Shown here one piece after another: positions 51,401 to 62,388 of a stretch of DNA of 64,000 nucleotides; position 1 is the stretch's first letter; the number at the start of each line of letters is the position of its first letter. Origin of the DNA: Amphiscolops sp. MND2022 (taxonomy: Eukaryota); the NCBI GenBank assembly GCA_964187785.1, contig OZ076409.1, positions 3,660,001-3,724,000 on the forward strand, given 5' to 3'. Made by a program: the position numbers and the translations under genes. The notes under the pieces are model-generated. The model searched no databases and was not told where the DNA came from. It saw nothing but the letters and a program-made list of their open reading frames with translations.

Positions 51401-52170
51401 AAAAAAAATGGTTGGCTGTTTTTGGTCATTTTTGGACTAATTGAATCTTTTTCAGATCCCAGTCATACTATTTTGATGCCAGAAGCACATTGGGTGTAGA
51501 ATGACTGTGCAAAATTTTATAAAAATCGTATGAGCAGTTTGTGAGAAAATTGAATATTTCATTGAAAGGCCGGAAGAAAAACGAAACATTTTTTTCCGAC
51601 TCCTAAAACTTTTCGCCGGTGATTCAAACGTGATGATTATGCAAAAACTGAGCTGAAACCCGGTCAATAACATTCCAAACCGCTATGTTCGTTTTTCATT
51701 TTCCACGCAATAGAAACTCATTTACATGAACCTCCTAATTAACAAAACAAAAATAAAAATTTATTTCTCTAACTCCGAACGCTGAAATTCGCAAGAAAAT
51801 TGCAGAAACCCTCCCCCTTAGAATAAAAAGACCCAAATGGCTGAAACTCGAAGATACGCCAGTACCCACCTCCAAAAAAAAGAAAAATCAAATAGCTTTG
51901 TTGGAAATATGTGAAAAGCAACTCTGCCTGCCTCGTAATTTCATCTACGATAGATTCCTCTGGAAACAAGACGTCATCGATTGTAGTAGTGCTTCCTCTT
52001 TTTCCACTCACGAATGGGAACCTTCTCTTGTTACTACTAAATGCAGGTTGCACGCAATCTTCTCCCCCCTCATTTCCATTTGTACATGTAGTTCTGGATG
52101 ACTCATCGAGGGGCGGAGGTTGGAAGAGTTGGCGTTGTTTGTTGAAACTCCTGAACAACAAAGCAGTCAT
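45429..52170 (-). CDS. bZIP transcription factor (XBP1/CREB3/ATF-like basic region); exons 52170..51932 (or ..51923), 51122..51037, 49539..49342, 48254..48075, 45748..45554 (or read-through to stop 45429)
   Basis: Basic region and zipper ERKRKNRISAQFARDRHKQYVKTLEGKIEVLQKSNFMLRRANERL. GC-richer exons are flanked by AG acceptors and GTTGGT/GTGAGT/GTATGT donors, with consistent phases (2,1,1,1). Confidence 0.8.
46551..46837 (-). mobile_element. Second copy of HINE-like family B element
   Basis: Near-identical to 38213-38500. Confidence 0.7.
47514..48047. mobile_element. CTAGGTGAACC-family MITE with a nested pogo/Tigger-like MITE (47832-47993)
   Basis: Same TIRs and TA TSD as 4274-4653. The inner element is TA|CAGTAAACCCTCGAT...ATCGAGGGTTTACTG|TA. 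Confidence 0.88.
49575..49957. mobile_element. hAT-type MITE in a bZIP intron
   Basis: TIRs CAGTGAATTAGGT / ACCTAATTCACTG; 8-bp TSD GTGGCCAG. Confidence 0.92.
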
Positions 52171-52501
52171 GTGTATCAGGCAAGGTTGTTAAGTTGTTTT
52201 ACCCATGAATAAAACAAAAACAAGCCGGGGGGGAGAGAGAGAGATAATCGAACACATGGTCCGTTTGCTTTTCATTTAGTATCACTTCAAAGCGATTTTT
52301 TCCAAAAAACTAACAAATTGCATTTTCATATTTTACATAATTTTTTTGAATGCGCAACACTAACAATAGATTCTCCAGAGTGGGGACGTTATCACAAGAG
52401 ACCCGAGCGACTTTTTCTCCACCTCGACTAGTGATGAGCACGTGATGTCTAGACAGGCTGCTCTGATTGGTGGAGACATTAACGGGCGAGCAAGATTTCA
52501 G

Positions 52502-52520
52502 CCAATCAGATTCCACCACG
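52502..52520 (+). promoter_or_regulatory. ER stress response element (ERSE) CCAAT-N9-CCACG upstream of the bZIP gene
   Basis: CCAAT cagattcca CCACG has the exact consensus spacing and lies about 330 bp upstream of ATG 52170. A CACGTG (52439) and a second ATTGG (52466) are nearby. Confidence 0.55.
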
Positions 52521-55500
52521 TACTTCATCCTAACCTGAAAATATCAATGATTAAGACGGAATGATAAATGTCACACATTTCACTATTGGAAGCATACAAA
52601 AATCGACTTAAAAGTACAATCTTCTCTATCATTTCCAACCAAAAAGTGATTTTTCAGTGCCTATTTATTGGGGAATTTAATGGACAAGACGACCGTTAAG
52701 CGCCGGGATAACTCTAGCTCTGAACTAACAAAGCGACAAAAATTTGAAAGGATGCTAAAAAGCATGGAGAATTCATGAAGAGAATAAATTTTTAGAAACT
52801 TATTGTTTCAAAAGTTGCGTTTTATTCGAATTAGCACTCTCCGGAATTCTTGAAAACGCCTTGAACGTTGAGAAAATTTTCATGGAACGTTAAAAAAACT
52901 TTGATCAAGGACTGAAATGTCTGCTTTGAAGGATTGAATTGTTCTGTTACAAAACACTTGGTTTTATCCAGATTCAATCGTTGACCATTTCAACTAATTT
53001 TTCCTCCTATTTCGACAGTTATCATTTCATGACAAGTGGCTACTGGTCAACAAAAAAGGTCTTCATTGCTTGAAGCAGTCAAAAGGTGTCAAAATTGACG
53101 TAAATTTAGTTTTTAAGCAAATTTAGTTTTAGAATTGTACGGAAATGTAAGCGACTTGAAATAATTATATAACTGCAGTCCTAAGAAACTCAAAGGGCGA
53201 TGAAAAAAGAGTTTCTTTTATCCATAGTTTCTTTTATCAGTAGTCCTATCAACGTAGAAAATTTGACTTGCATAAAAGCGGTAGAGTAAAATTTTTTTAT
53301 ATCGGAATGTTTCTTTTATCCGAGTTCGACTGTAATAAAGATCCCTCAGCCAAAATTAGTTTGGGCCAAAACTACAGAACGTTGAAATTGCAATAGACTG
53401 AATTTGTGAGTGGTTGAACGGACAACGGTTGAAGTTACATAGGATGAAATGACCAGCCTTCAAACTGTCCGGACGCGACCAATTAGTTTTGATATTGTAC
53501 CATAATTAAATACCTCAGAATTAAACTTAGTTCACCGTTTTTACAAGGCCAAGCCTGGGAGCAGATATTTAACGCCTTCTCTAATTTTCTCTCAATGTTG
53601 AGACGTAATTTTTCGAAAAATACTCTAAAAAAGTCTCACATTGCCGAAAAAAAATCGAAAGGGGCCTTTTAGTCTCGTCTGGTTTTGTATGCCACGATAA
53701 AAAAAGGAATAACTTTTATAGTTCAGTTCCCTGGGCCAAATGGTACAATTTGGTCCCTTAAAATTTTGTAAAACTTTAGGTAGAACTATTTTGGTCAGTT
53801 CGTGTGGATTGAAAAAAGTCACTATAATAGTCGCGTTTCACTTCATGAGGCGCCGACTAAAAAAGACGGGAAAGGACGAAACTTGAATTTTCACACATCA
53901 GCCAAGTATATAAACATAAAACAATTAAAACTACAAAAAGAAACCTCAGCCATTTACAGAATGTACAATTTATTTGAAATTACAAGCAATTGATTGGAAA
54001 TTCAAATTCTATAGAAATTGTAGTGATTCGAAATTCATATTTATTCTATCAACAACCCAACACCTTTCGTTGGAAATACAATTTATAATCAATTTATATT
54101 CAAGTATTTACAAAATTTTAACTGCACTGAGATTGACGAGAAAAAAAAAAGATGATTCGAGACAGAAAAGGAAGAAGACTATGACTAGGGCAACCACAGG
54201 TGCTATTTCGGGGTCATCTTGAAATATTTCTTGAAAATTTTGAACTAAAAAATCCGGATCTTTTCTGTTGATACCCCCACGGGGAAATTTTAATTTGCCA
54301 CCACTATCAGCGATGAGTTTCAGTTGCAGTTAGAGTTATAAAATACTGCAATTTGATTGGTTGTTACTTTTAATTCAATGATAATTTCACTTGACCGCCC
54401 AACTGGGACATGCTGGGATGGTTGAATTAACAGAAAAGATCAAAAAATCCTTTCTCAGGAACAGAGGTTACGTACAATTTTGCAGGTATTTTTTAGCCGC
54501 AATTGTTGAGAACCATTTGTCGTGCTATGCGAATACTAACTGTGGTCAAATCAAACTTGATGAAACAAAATTCATCCCTTCGACCCGTGTTACAGTTTTG
54601 GGGTCAATTGAATAGCGCTACATAGGGGGCTTCAAGGTCAATTTAGGGTTGCCCTAATTATTATTGATGATCTACTGTCGATAATGGATCGATTGATATG
54701 TGGTAATTTGTTTCGATTTGATAGTAGATACCATTTTCATTCATCTGAAGAATTTTCGCATTTGCTGTGGAAACTCCTAAATACTTCATTATCAACGTTT
54801 TGTGAGATAAATACGGCAAGTATCTTTTCTCAGACGAATGATTGAAAATGTTTTAAAAGCACTGAAATAAATTCAATCTTGCTCAAAGCAGAAAGATAGA
54901 AAGTTCGATATGTTCTGATTGCAATCAGAACGGACGATGATATGTCAAAATATGGATATTTTTATCTGAAAAAAAAACGAAGAGCTTTTGGTGGAAGATA
55001 AACTGAAAGAATACAAAACTGCACCATTTTCGAAAGTTTTTGTTTGATTGAATCTTTACAACAAAATGGCTCGTAATTCATAGATTGAAACCGGATTCAC
55101 TAAGTGAACATATTATATCTGACTGGTTTCGGAAATCGAGCCACTTTTAACTAAATACGCCGTTTCTCTTGAAATAGAAACACCAATTCGGTAAATTGGC
55201 ATTCGCACATTTAGGATTTTCGCCGCGGCTTCGTACCTTGTGTCTCATTGTAGATACTTAGAGGATTGTCTTTACAGTTTTGAAACTTCCAGCAAAAATG
55301 GCCCTAATTTTTCGATATTATTGTCCAAAGTAGCCAAAATTCACATTGGGAACAAGCTAAAACAGTACAAAAAGGCCCCTATTTCAAGACAAATTTTCTC
55401 CGCAATAAAATTAACTGACAGTCAATGTAAAAGATAGGATTATGTCGACATCAATAATTCTATTGGACCAAAATTTCAACGCGAACGAAGTCGACATAAT

Positions 55501-55670
55501 GGTATTTGAACCTTGGGTCTCACCCCCTCGCGGCCGCTTGGGGGAGGAGTAGGGATAAGACATATGGTCCGCAGCTTCTATTTGAAGAGACAACAGCGTG
55601 TGTGGACTAGTTAGTAACTACTACTTCTACAACTTGGGGGGGGGGATTTGGGGTCATGTGTGGTTTGAGT

Positions 55671-58600
55671 TACTCTGGCTGGGCGAATCCGTCTTCGGTG
55701 CTGTAGAGAATGTCGAGCACTGTCTGCACGGCGACCATGTCACTGTTGGGATTCTCCTGACACTTCACTTCTATGTCTCTCAACTTGCTGAAGTAGAAGT
55801 CTCGCTCCTTCTCCAGACCTGAAATGAATAAAACGAAATGACACCTCAAGTCAGTGTATTCCCTCGTTAATGGGACTAGCTAGAAGATAACCATATTCGA
55901 TCTGGGCGTTTTTGCAAGTTGTCGAAAAATCTGTTAGATATCTCCAAAACTAGGCATACCAGAAAACGACATGCGTTTGAAAGGACTGGTGCTGGGCTTT
56001 TATTTTTAGTCGGCGCATTTTATCAAAATGAGCCCGACTATCACAGTGGCAAGTTTTTTTTCTTTTTTTTCGTCAGACCACAGAATGTATGCGTAGTGGA
56101 CACTTTTTACAGAACTACTAAAAGTACTGAACCGGCAAGCGGAATCACATCTGAGTTACTGTAAAGGGCCCCCCTTTCGTGTACTCAATTTTTAACGTAA
56201 GATACAAAATCGGACGGGACTACAGGGTCCCCCCTTTGAATTTTTTTCGGCACTGTGCGACTTTTCTTTCGTCGCCAAACGGTCCCCCCTTCAAGTTTTT
56301 TGATATTTTGCAGCAAACTGAAGTTTCAAAAAGCCCAAAGGGTCCCCCCTCTCTAGCTTTCGGCACTGTGAGACTGTTTCAAAATTCTCATTTTTCGTTT
56401 TTTCGAAAGTTTTTTCAAAAAAAATTCCGATTTTTTTTTATTGTCTCCTCCAATTTTTTTTTGATATTTTGCAACAGACTGGATTTTCAAAAAGCTGAAA
56501 GGGTCCCCCCTTTTACAAGTTTAAAAACTTAGCGCTTTTTTGAGCCTTAGATATAGCGCCGACTTTAGACGTTCCCGTCTTGTTCTTCATGGGTGGACTT
56601 TTGAAAAAATTGGATTTTGCCAAAAGGGACTTTTGGAAACGTATAACAATTTTTTGCGAGATACACATGTTTTCAGTTTTAGAGACAAACTCACTAATGC
56701 TTGTGCCGTTTAAATCAAACATAGTGCCAAAAATTGTTGAATAAAATTTGTGCTAAATGACATGGGCTACTGGCAAAACGGATCAGAAGTTGAAAAAAAC
56801 AAGCGCATACACTTCACTTATTCAACTTTTTCAAGCAACCGCGAACATCGCAGCAAACGGCAATTTTTTGATAGCTTTAAGAAATTCGACTTCATTCAAA
56901 CTTCGAGAAATTGACCATCAAATGCAACCAATTTCTATCACCTTGGGCAGTATTTTATTAGGCAGTCAATATATCTCAACTTCACAAGAAAAGTTTTCTA
57001 TGAAAATGTTTCAAACTAAATGATGTCAGGCAATTCTACTGATAACCTAATTGAATTTTTTCTGCTAGTTTTCCTTATCATACGAATGCTTAAAAATGGA
57101 AATGAGTTTAATTAACGGGTGTTTGATAACTGCTAAATTTAGGTATCGATTTCGTTGCGCGACTACGTCAACCCTTTTAGCGGGGTCAATTGAATGCTTG
57201 AAGCTGTGCTATTTCATTTTTATGGGACCGTTACGGCATTGCAAGGAGACCATCCAATTTAAAGCCCTGTAACTACTGCCTTTCCATTTCCGGAAGTTTC
57301 ACTTTAATTGGATGAAATCAATGATTGTGTAATATTGATTCACCTTCAACAGTGAGGTTTAGATCGTCGACTCTGGCATTCAACTTGTCGATCTGCATCT
57401 TGAGACTTTTGTCCGATGCCGATGCCACGTTGCCGTTGGAAAATCTCTGCGGCGAAGGGACGACCTTTTTGCTGGCCGCAATCTTGCCCAATCGGTTGTC
57501 TTGGTTTTGGTTCTGAAATCATACATTTAGACAGTGCAATAATTAGCTTGGAAGACGTGCGAATACTGGCAACTGAACAGCATCCCAAAACCCTATTGGC
57601 ACTTGAAGCTGTACTCATTCGTAGAAAGAAGCCCATCCTCAACACGCGCTACGAATTTAGAAGCCACACGCTGAACTATGTTTTTTAGTGTGGCAGTAGT
57701 TCTGTCCTGTAATCATTTAGTGATTGTACAATACCTGGTTTTTGCAACTAAATGTTTCTTTTATTTTAGATACAATGTTAACTGATGATGAATGATGTTA
57801 CATTCGAAAAGCTTTTTAATTCAACACTTGTCTTTTTATTCCTCAATTTTGCAATAATTAGCAATGGTGAACTAGAGGCAAAAAGCTTTTACACACGAAT
57901 GAGGTTCCGATTTTCTTGACAATTGATTTCTTGCCAAAGAATTTGACTGCTAGCCATTCTGAAGTCACAATTCGATATTAAGTTTCGCGGTCAACAGCTT
58001 GAAAAAAATGGGATTGAAAGTATGCGGCCATCCGAGGCAACATTCATTTTTCTACCCCAGAGCAAAGTCAAAATCTAAAAGCTGAGATACAGAACTGTGA
58101 TTAGTTACGTCGACATAGCTAAAGTGCCCTAAATGCAGAGGCAGAGTATTTGACCTAAAAAATAGGGAACCTGAAGTTTTTTTGAAGCCAATTATTGGAT
58201 AATCATCTGATCGCTGGGAAAACCGCCCAATCAATATTAATTGTCTGTAATAATTGCAATTGATTTGAACAATTTGATTTATTGGGTGCCCTTGTCTACA
58301 ACTTATTTAAAATACTTTTAATAATTTAACTTGTTGAACTTATCGCTGGTGCTACATCACCCACTGAGCTGTCTAAGGTACAGTCTAACTCGGATAAAAG
58401 AAACACGGATAAAAGAAACATTCGGATATAAGAAACATTTTTACTCCTCTGATTTTATGCAAGTCAAACTTTCTACGTTAATACGACAACTGATAAATGA
58501 AACTATGGATAAAAGAAACCCTTTTCTGACCGCCCAATGAGTTTCTTTTATCCGTGTTTGACTGTAATTGAAACAGATTGAAGAAAGCATGAAACGGCAA

Positions 58601-59089
58601 CACTACCTTGTTGGGTGATGTGTCAAAGAACGGTATATTGCACCTCTCGAGCACGATTCCACGTTTTTCCCTATCGGCTACAGGGTCGAAAGCGTCAACA
58701 TCAGTTGTGCGATTAGCATCGAAAAACTTGTACATCCATTGAGCGAACTCTAGATTGTCCATTGGTTTCTGCTTGACTAGCCTATCAATGCTGAGTTCCT
58801 TATCGATGCCAACTGATTTCAAACCAGATTGGAAAATTTTCCAATTTGAGATGTGATCAACTTCGACTTGAGATCCAAACTTTATTTTTCGTAAAGGAAT
58901 TGTCTCTCTGAAGGGAAACAACATATGCAGCAACAAGCAGTAGTGCTCCCCTGTACCCAGCTCATGTACCTTATATACCGTATTTGTCTTCAACGTGCTG
59001 TTCACCCAGCATATGAGATCTTGGCTACTGATTTTTGCTGCAGCTGATGCTGTTACGCAAACATTTAAAGCTTGAAACTTCCCAGACAT
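55671..59089 (-). CDS. MAPRE1: Microtubule end-binding protein EB1/MAPRE family; exons 59089..58607, 57512..57344, 55818..55671
   Basis: N-terminal CH domain (DLICWVN...ELGTGEHYC...NWKIFQ...DNLEFAQWMYKFFDAN) and C-terminal EBH domain (LTVEGLEKERDFYFSKLRDIEVKCQ...ILYSTEDGF). GT-AG introns in phases 0 and 1. The family call is firm; the paralog number is nominal. Confidence 0.9.
56008..56582 (+). mobile_element. HINE family A copy in an EB1 intron
   Basis: TTTTTAGTCGGCGC...CCCGACT ... GCGCCGACTTTAGACGTTCCCGTCTTG. Confidence 0.8.
58381..58564. mobile_element. pogo/Tigger-like MITE (family also at 15879-16046, ~33087-33260, ~53210-53332)
   Basis: TA|CAGTCTAACTCGGATAAAAGAAAC...GTTTCTTTTATCCGTGTTTGACTG|TA. 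Confidence 0.85.
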
Positions 59090-59639
59090 TGGTAACTGAA
59101 ACAGATATTGGAAGTTTTTTTAACCTTTCTTATGTGACGTTGTCGTCATTAATCTAGTGTCGCTTAGGCCATCATGTTGGGGGGAGATGACACACCCGTG
59201 TTCTGCAACCAAAAGGAAACTACATAAACGATGAAGCACTACTACTAATCATGCAAGCCACTATCCCAGTAAACCGACAGAACCGAAACAACTAAACCGT
59301 TGAACAGGTATTCGAAGCGTTCAGCAGTTGTGATTGGCACTGAAAAACATCGGTCAAAAAGTTCAAAAAGAATAGACCTATTTGCTGACAAGCCCATTCA
59401 ACGCTTTTGCGTTTTGATACGCACGGTCCGTTTAGAGAAGTAAAAGTTGATTTTTTACTTGCCGATTTTTTAAACGTTTCCAAAGAAATTGGCACAACTA
59501 TTTTTGATGAAAAAATTTGAAAAAAAAGATGAAACAACAAGATAAAGACTATTTCAAAAACGAGCGGCGGTAACCACGAGGCAGACTCACCTGACTGCCC
59601 CTCTTTTCACAGGTACAAATAGTTCATGTGGTCTACAAG

Positions 59640-60870
59640 CAGGGGTTTGCAATAATTAATTGGTCTTCCAATAATTGCAATAATAATTGCCAATATTATT
59701 GATTGGGCACTTTTCCAATAACCAATTAATTGGAAATCGTTTTGCCAATTATTGGTTTCATTGGTTTTCAAATTGAAAGCTCTTTTTCAGGTTTGAAATG
59801 AGTTCGAACAGAGATTTTAAAACCATATGCAAGAAGTATTTCACACCAATGGAAAATGACATTTTCAAATGCAAATGTGGCAAAATTTTGAAGCAAAAAA
59901 AAGGTACCGGTTGGTCTAATTTGATGGTGAATATTCGAACACAACACGAAACAACTCCATCCGGTCCCCAAAATACTTTGGACTTTATGCAATGTAAGAA
60001 GTCTCAAACCATCCATGATTGGATCGAATGGATATGCATGGAGCTTCGACCTTTTAGCTTTGTGGAAAGCGAGCATGTGAAGAAAAATGTCAAGCTTGAA
60101 GCAATTTCAAAGAATACTTTGCAAAAGTATATGCATCTCCTCACCAAGAAAGTGGAACAAGAAATCATCAAAGCAATGCCAGAAAAAATTGCTTTGATAG
60201 TTGATGGATGGACATCTGGTAGCACCCACTACTTGGGCGTAATGGCATCGTTCGTAATTGTGCCATTGCCAAAAACAATTCGTTTGAAAACGCTATTGTT
60301 AAGCTACAGTCTGGTGATGAATGTGCTCTCAACGTAAATGAAAATCTAGCGTGCAAAAAATTGAGAAGAACTTCTGATATCGAGTGCGAATTTCCACAGA
60401 CGGATGACTTCGCGGGAAACGTTTTGGCGAAAAAGAAGAAAGATACCAAACAGATGAAATACATTCCCTGCTCATTCATTTTGCCGACATCTAATCTTTT
60501 GGAACGGTTTTTTAGCGCAGCTGGTTTCGCTTCGAATGACTACCGAAAATCAACTTTGCCGATGAATTTAGAAGAGCAACTGTTCCTTCGATTTAACAAA
60601 AAGCACTGGGATTTGAATTTAGTAAATCAAATTGTGAGTGCCTCTGAGTGAGATATTCATTTGAGTGTGCATGCCGCTGAGTGAGCTGTTTTATAATGCG
60701 TCTTTTCGATGATTTTTGTAATTTAATCACTCTGAAACAGCTGTTTTTTAAAGTGCCCAATTATTGCACTTATTGCAATAATTTATTGGTCAAGGGTCCA
60801 ATAATCAATTATTTGGTTTTCAGAAGTTTTGGGACCAATAATTATTGCAATTATTTATTGCAAAGCCCTG
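59640..60870 (+). mobile_element. Internally deleted hAT transposon (BED finger, first catalytic Asp region, dimerization-domain remnant)
   Basis: TIRs CAGGGGTTTGCAATAA / TTATTGCAAAGCCCTG; 8-bp TSD TCTACAAG on both sides. ORF 59798-60337 has a C-x-C...H...H-type BED finger, RPFSFVE and DGWTS. ORF 60361-60651 has PTSNLLERFFS. Confidence 0.93.
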
Positions 60871-61152
60871 TCTACAAGCACCAGCTTCGAGAAATCCTGC
60901 ATCCAAAAATAATGGTTAACCCAGGTTTCATTATCTCGCATATCGAAATATACAGCCTGAGTGATCATAGTGAAATATCAAAACTCAATACCTACTGTCG
61001 TGAACTCCAAATGAAATTGGAAAATGGTCACCTGACTAGTTGGTATAAACTAATTAAATAGGTGCTATGTAAGCCCGGTCAATTCTGGATCGGGTAGCCC
61101 AAATTCTAGTTAGGGTTTTCAGCGGCCGCCATTGCATGATTTACATGGTGCC

Positions 61153-61718
61153 CAGGGGTCCGCAATTAAAAATTGATGAAGCAATAATTGCAATTATAAT
61201 TGATCAATTAATTGATTTTCTCATCTTGCATTTTTCAATTATTGGAAATTAACAAGCCAATTATTGCAATAATTGATTGAGCGCAATGCATTATCTTTTT
61301 CAGGTTTGAAATGACATCTAAAGTTGAAGCGCCAAAAGACTACAAGGCTTTAACGAAGAAGTATTTCACTAAACTAGAGAATGATGTTTACAAGTGCCAC
61401 TGTGGAAAACTTCTAAAAAGGAAAGATGGTACAGGCTGGTCTAACCTAATGCAACATATCAGAACTCGGCGAGCTTTTGGAGCCCTTGAAATCGGTTACT
61501 CTTGCCCTTCGAAGTCGTCAACGCTACTGAATGACTCTTTGAGTTCATTATTTTTGGGCAAATTTTCATCAATTTTGTCTGAATTTATGCATTGACAACT
61601 GTTGTTTTGATTTGCCAATTATTGCAATAATTGTTTCATGAAGTGTCCAATTTTCAATTAATTGGTTTTTAAAATTTTAAATGCCAATTTAATTGCAATT
61701 AATAATTGCGGACCCCTG
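61153..61718 (+). mobile_element. Related non-autonomous hAT element retaining only a BED-finger ORF (61311-61595)
   Basis: TIRs CAGGGGTCCGCAATT / AATTGCGGACCCCTG; TSD ATGGTGCC. KKYFTKLENDVYKCHCGK...GTGWSNLMQHIRT is homologous to the 59798 ORF. Confidence 0.92.
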
Positions 61719-62078
61719 ATGGTGCCTATTCATACAGCAGAAAATGAAAATTTCGTCCCATACAGCAGAATTCAAATTACAAGCTTTTAGTGTTGTTACA
61801 GCCAATATGTTGGAACTTGATTCATTCAAAAAAGGTTAGCATAATTGTAGGCTCCCTACGCCTAGTAGCAACACTGAGGCATGGCCATGTGGCACGTCGC
61901 TTCGCTCCTGCATTTAGGGTACTAGGAGTATGTGAACATAGCTGACTACGTTATAATAATAGTTCCGACAAAACCAGACACGTGTTTTCAGCTTAGTGAA
62001 TTCAATTCAATTTCAAATTTCAGCCAATCAGATTTCAGCATAAATATTCTGCGGGAACAGGAATAACGTCTAAAAGTC

Positions 62079-62375
62079 CACCGGGAATAACGTCTAAAGG
62101 AATAACATCTAAATCTGAAATGAACGGTGAACGGGAATAACGTCTAAAAAACGGGAATAACGTCTAAAAAGTGGATAACGTCTAAAAAGCGGAATAACGT
62201 CTAAAACTGACATACGTTTAATATGTCAAAAAAACCATCAAAGTACGTCTGAAAACCGGGAATAACGTCTAAAAAGTGGAATAACGTCTAAAAAGCGGAA
62301 TAACGTCTAAAATTGGCAAATACGTCTAAAACGTCAAAAAATCATCAAAATACGTGGCAACGGGAAGAACGTCTG
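62079..62375. repeat. Minisatellite of GGAATAACGTCTAAAA units
   Basis: About a dozen copies of the 16-19-bp unit. Confidence 0.9.
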
Positions 62376-62388
62376 AGAAATGACATCT

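Noticed and set aside
62079..62375. Regularly repeated GGAATAACGTCTAAAA units as a CRISPR array
   Set aside because: Units are adjacent or separated by short, non-unique spacers; eukaryotic context with no cas genes. It is a minisatellite.
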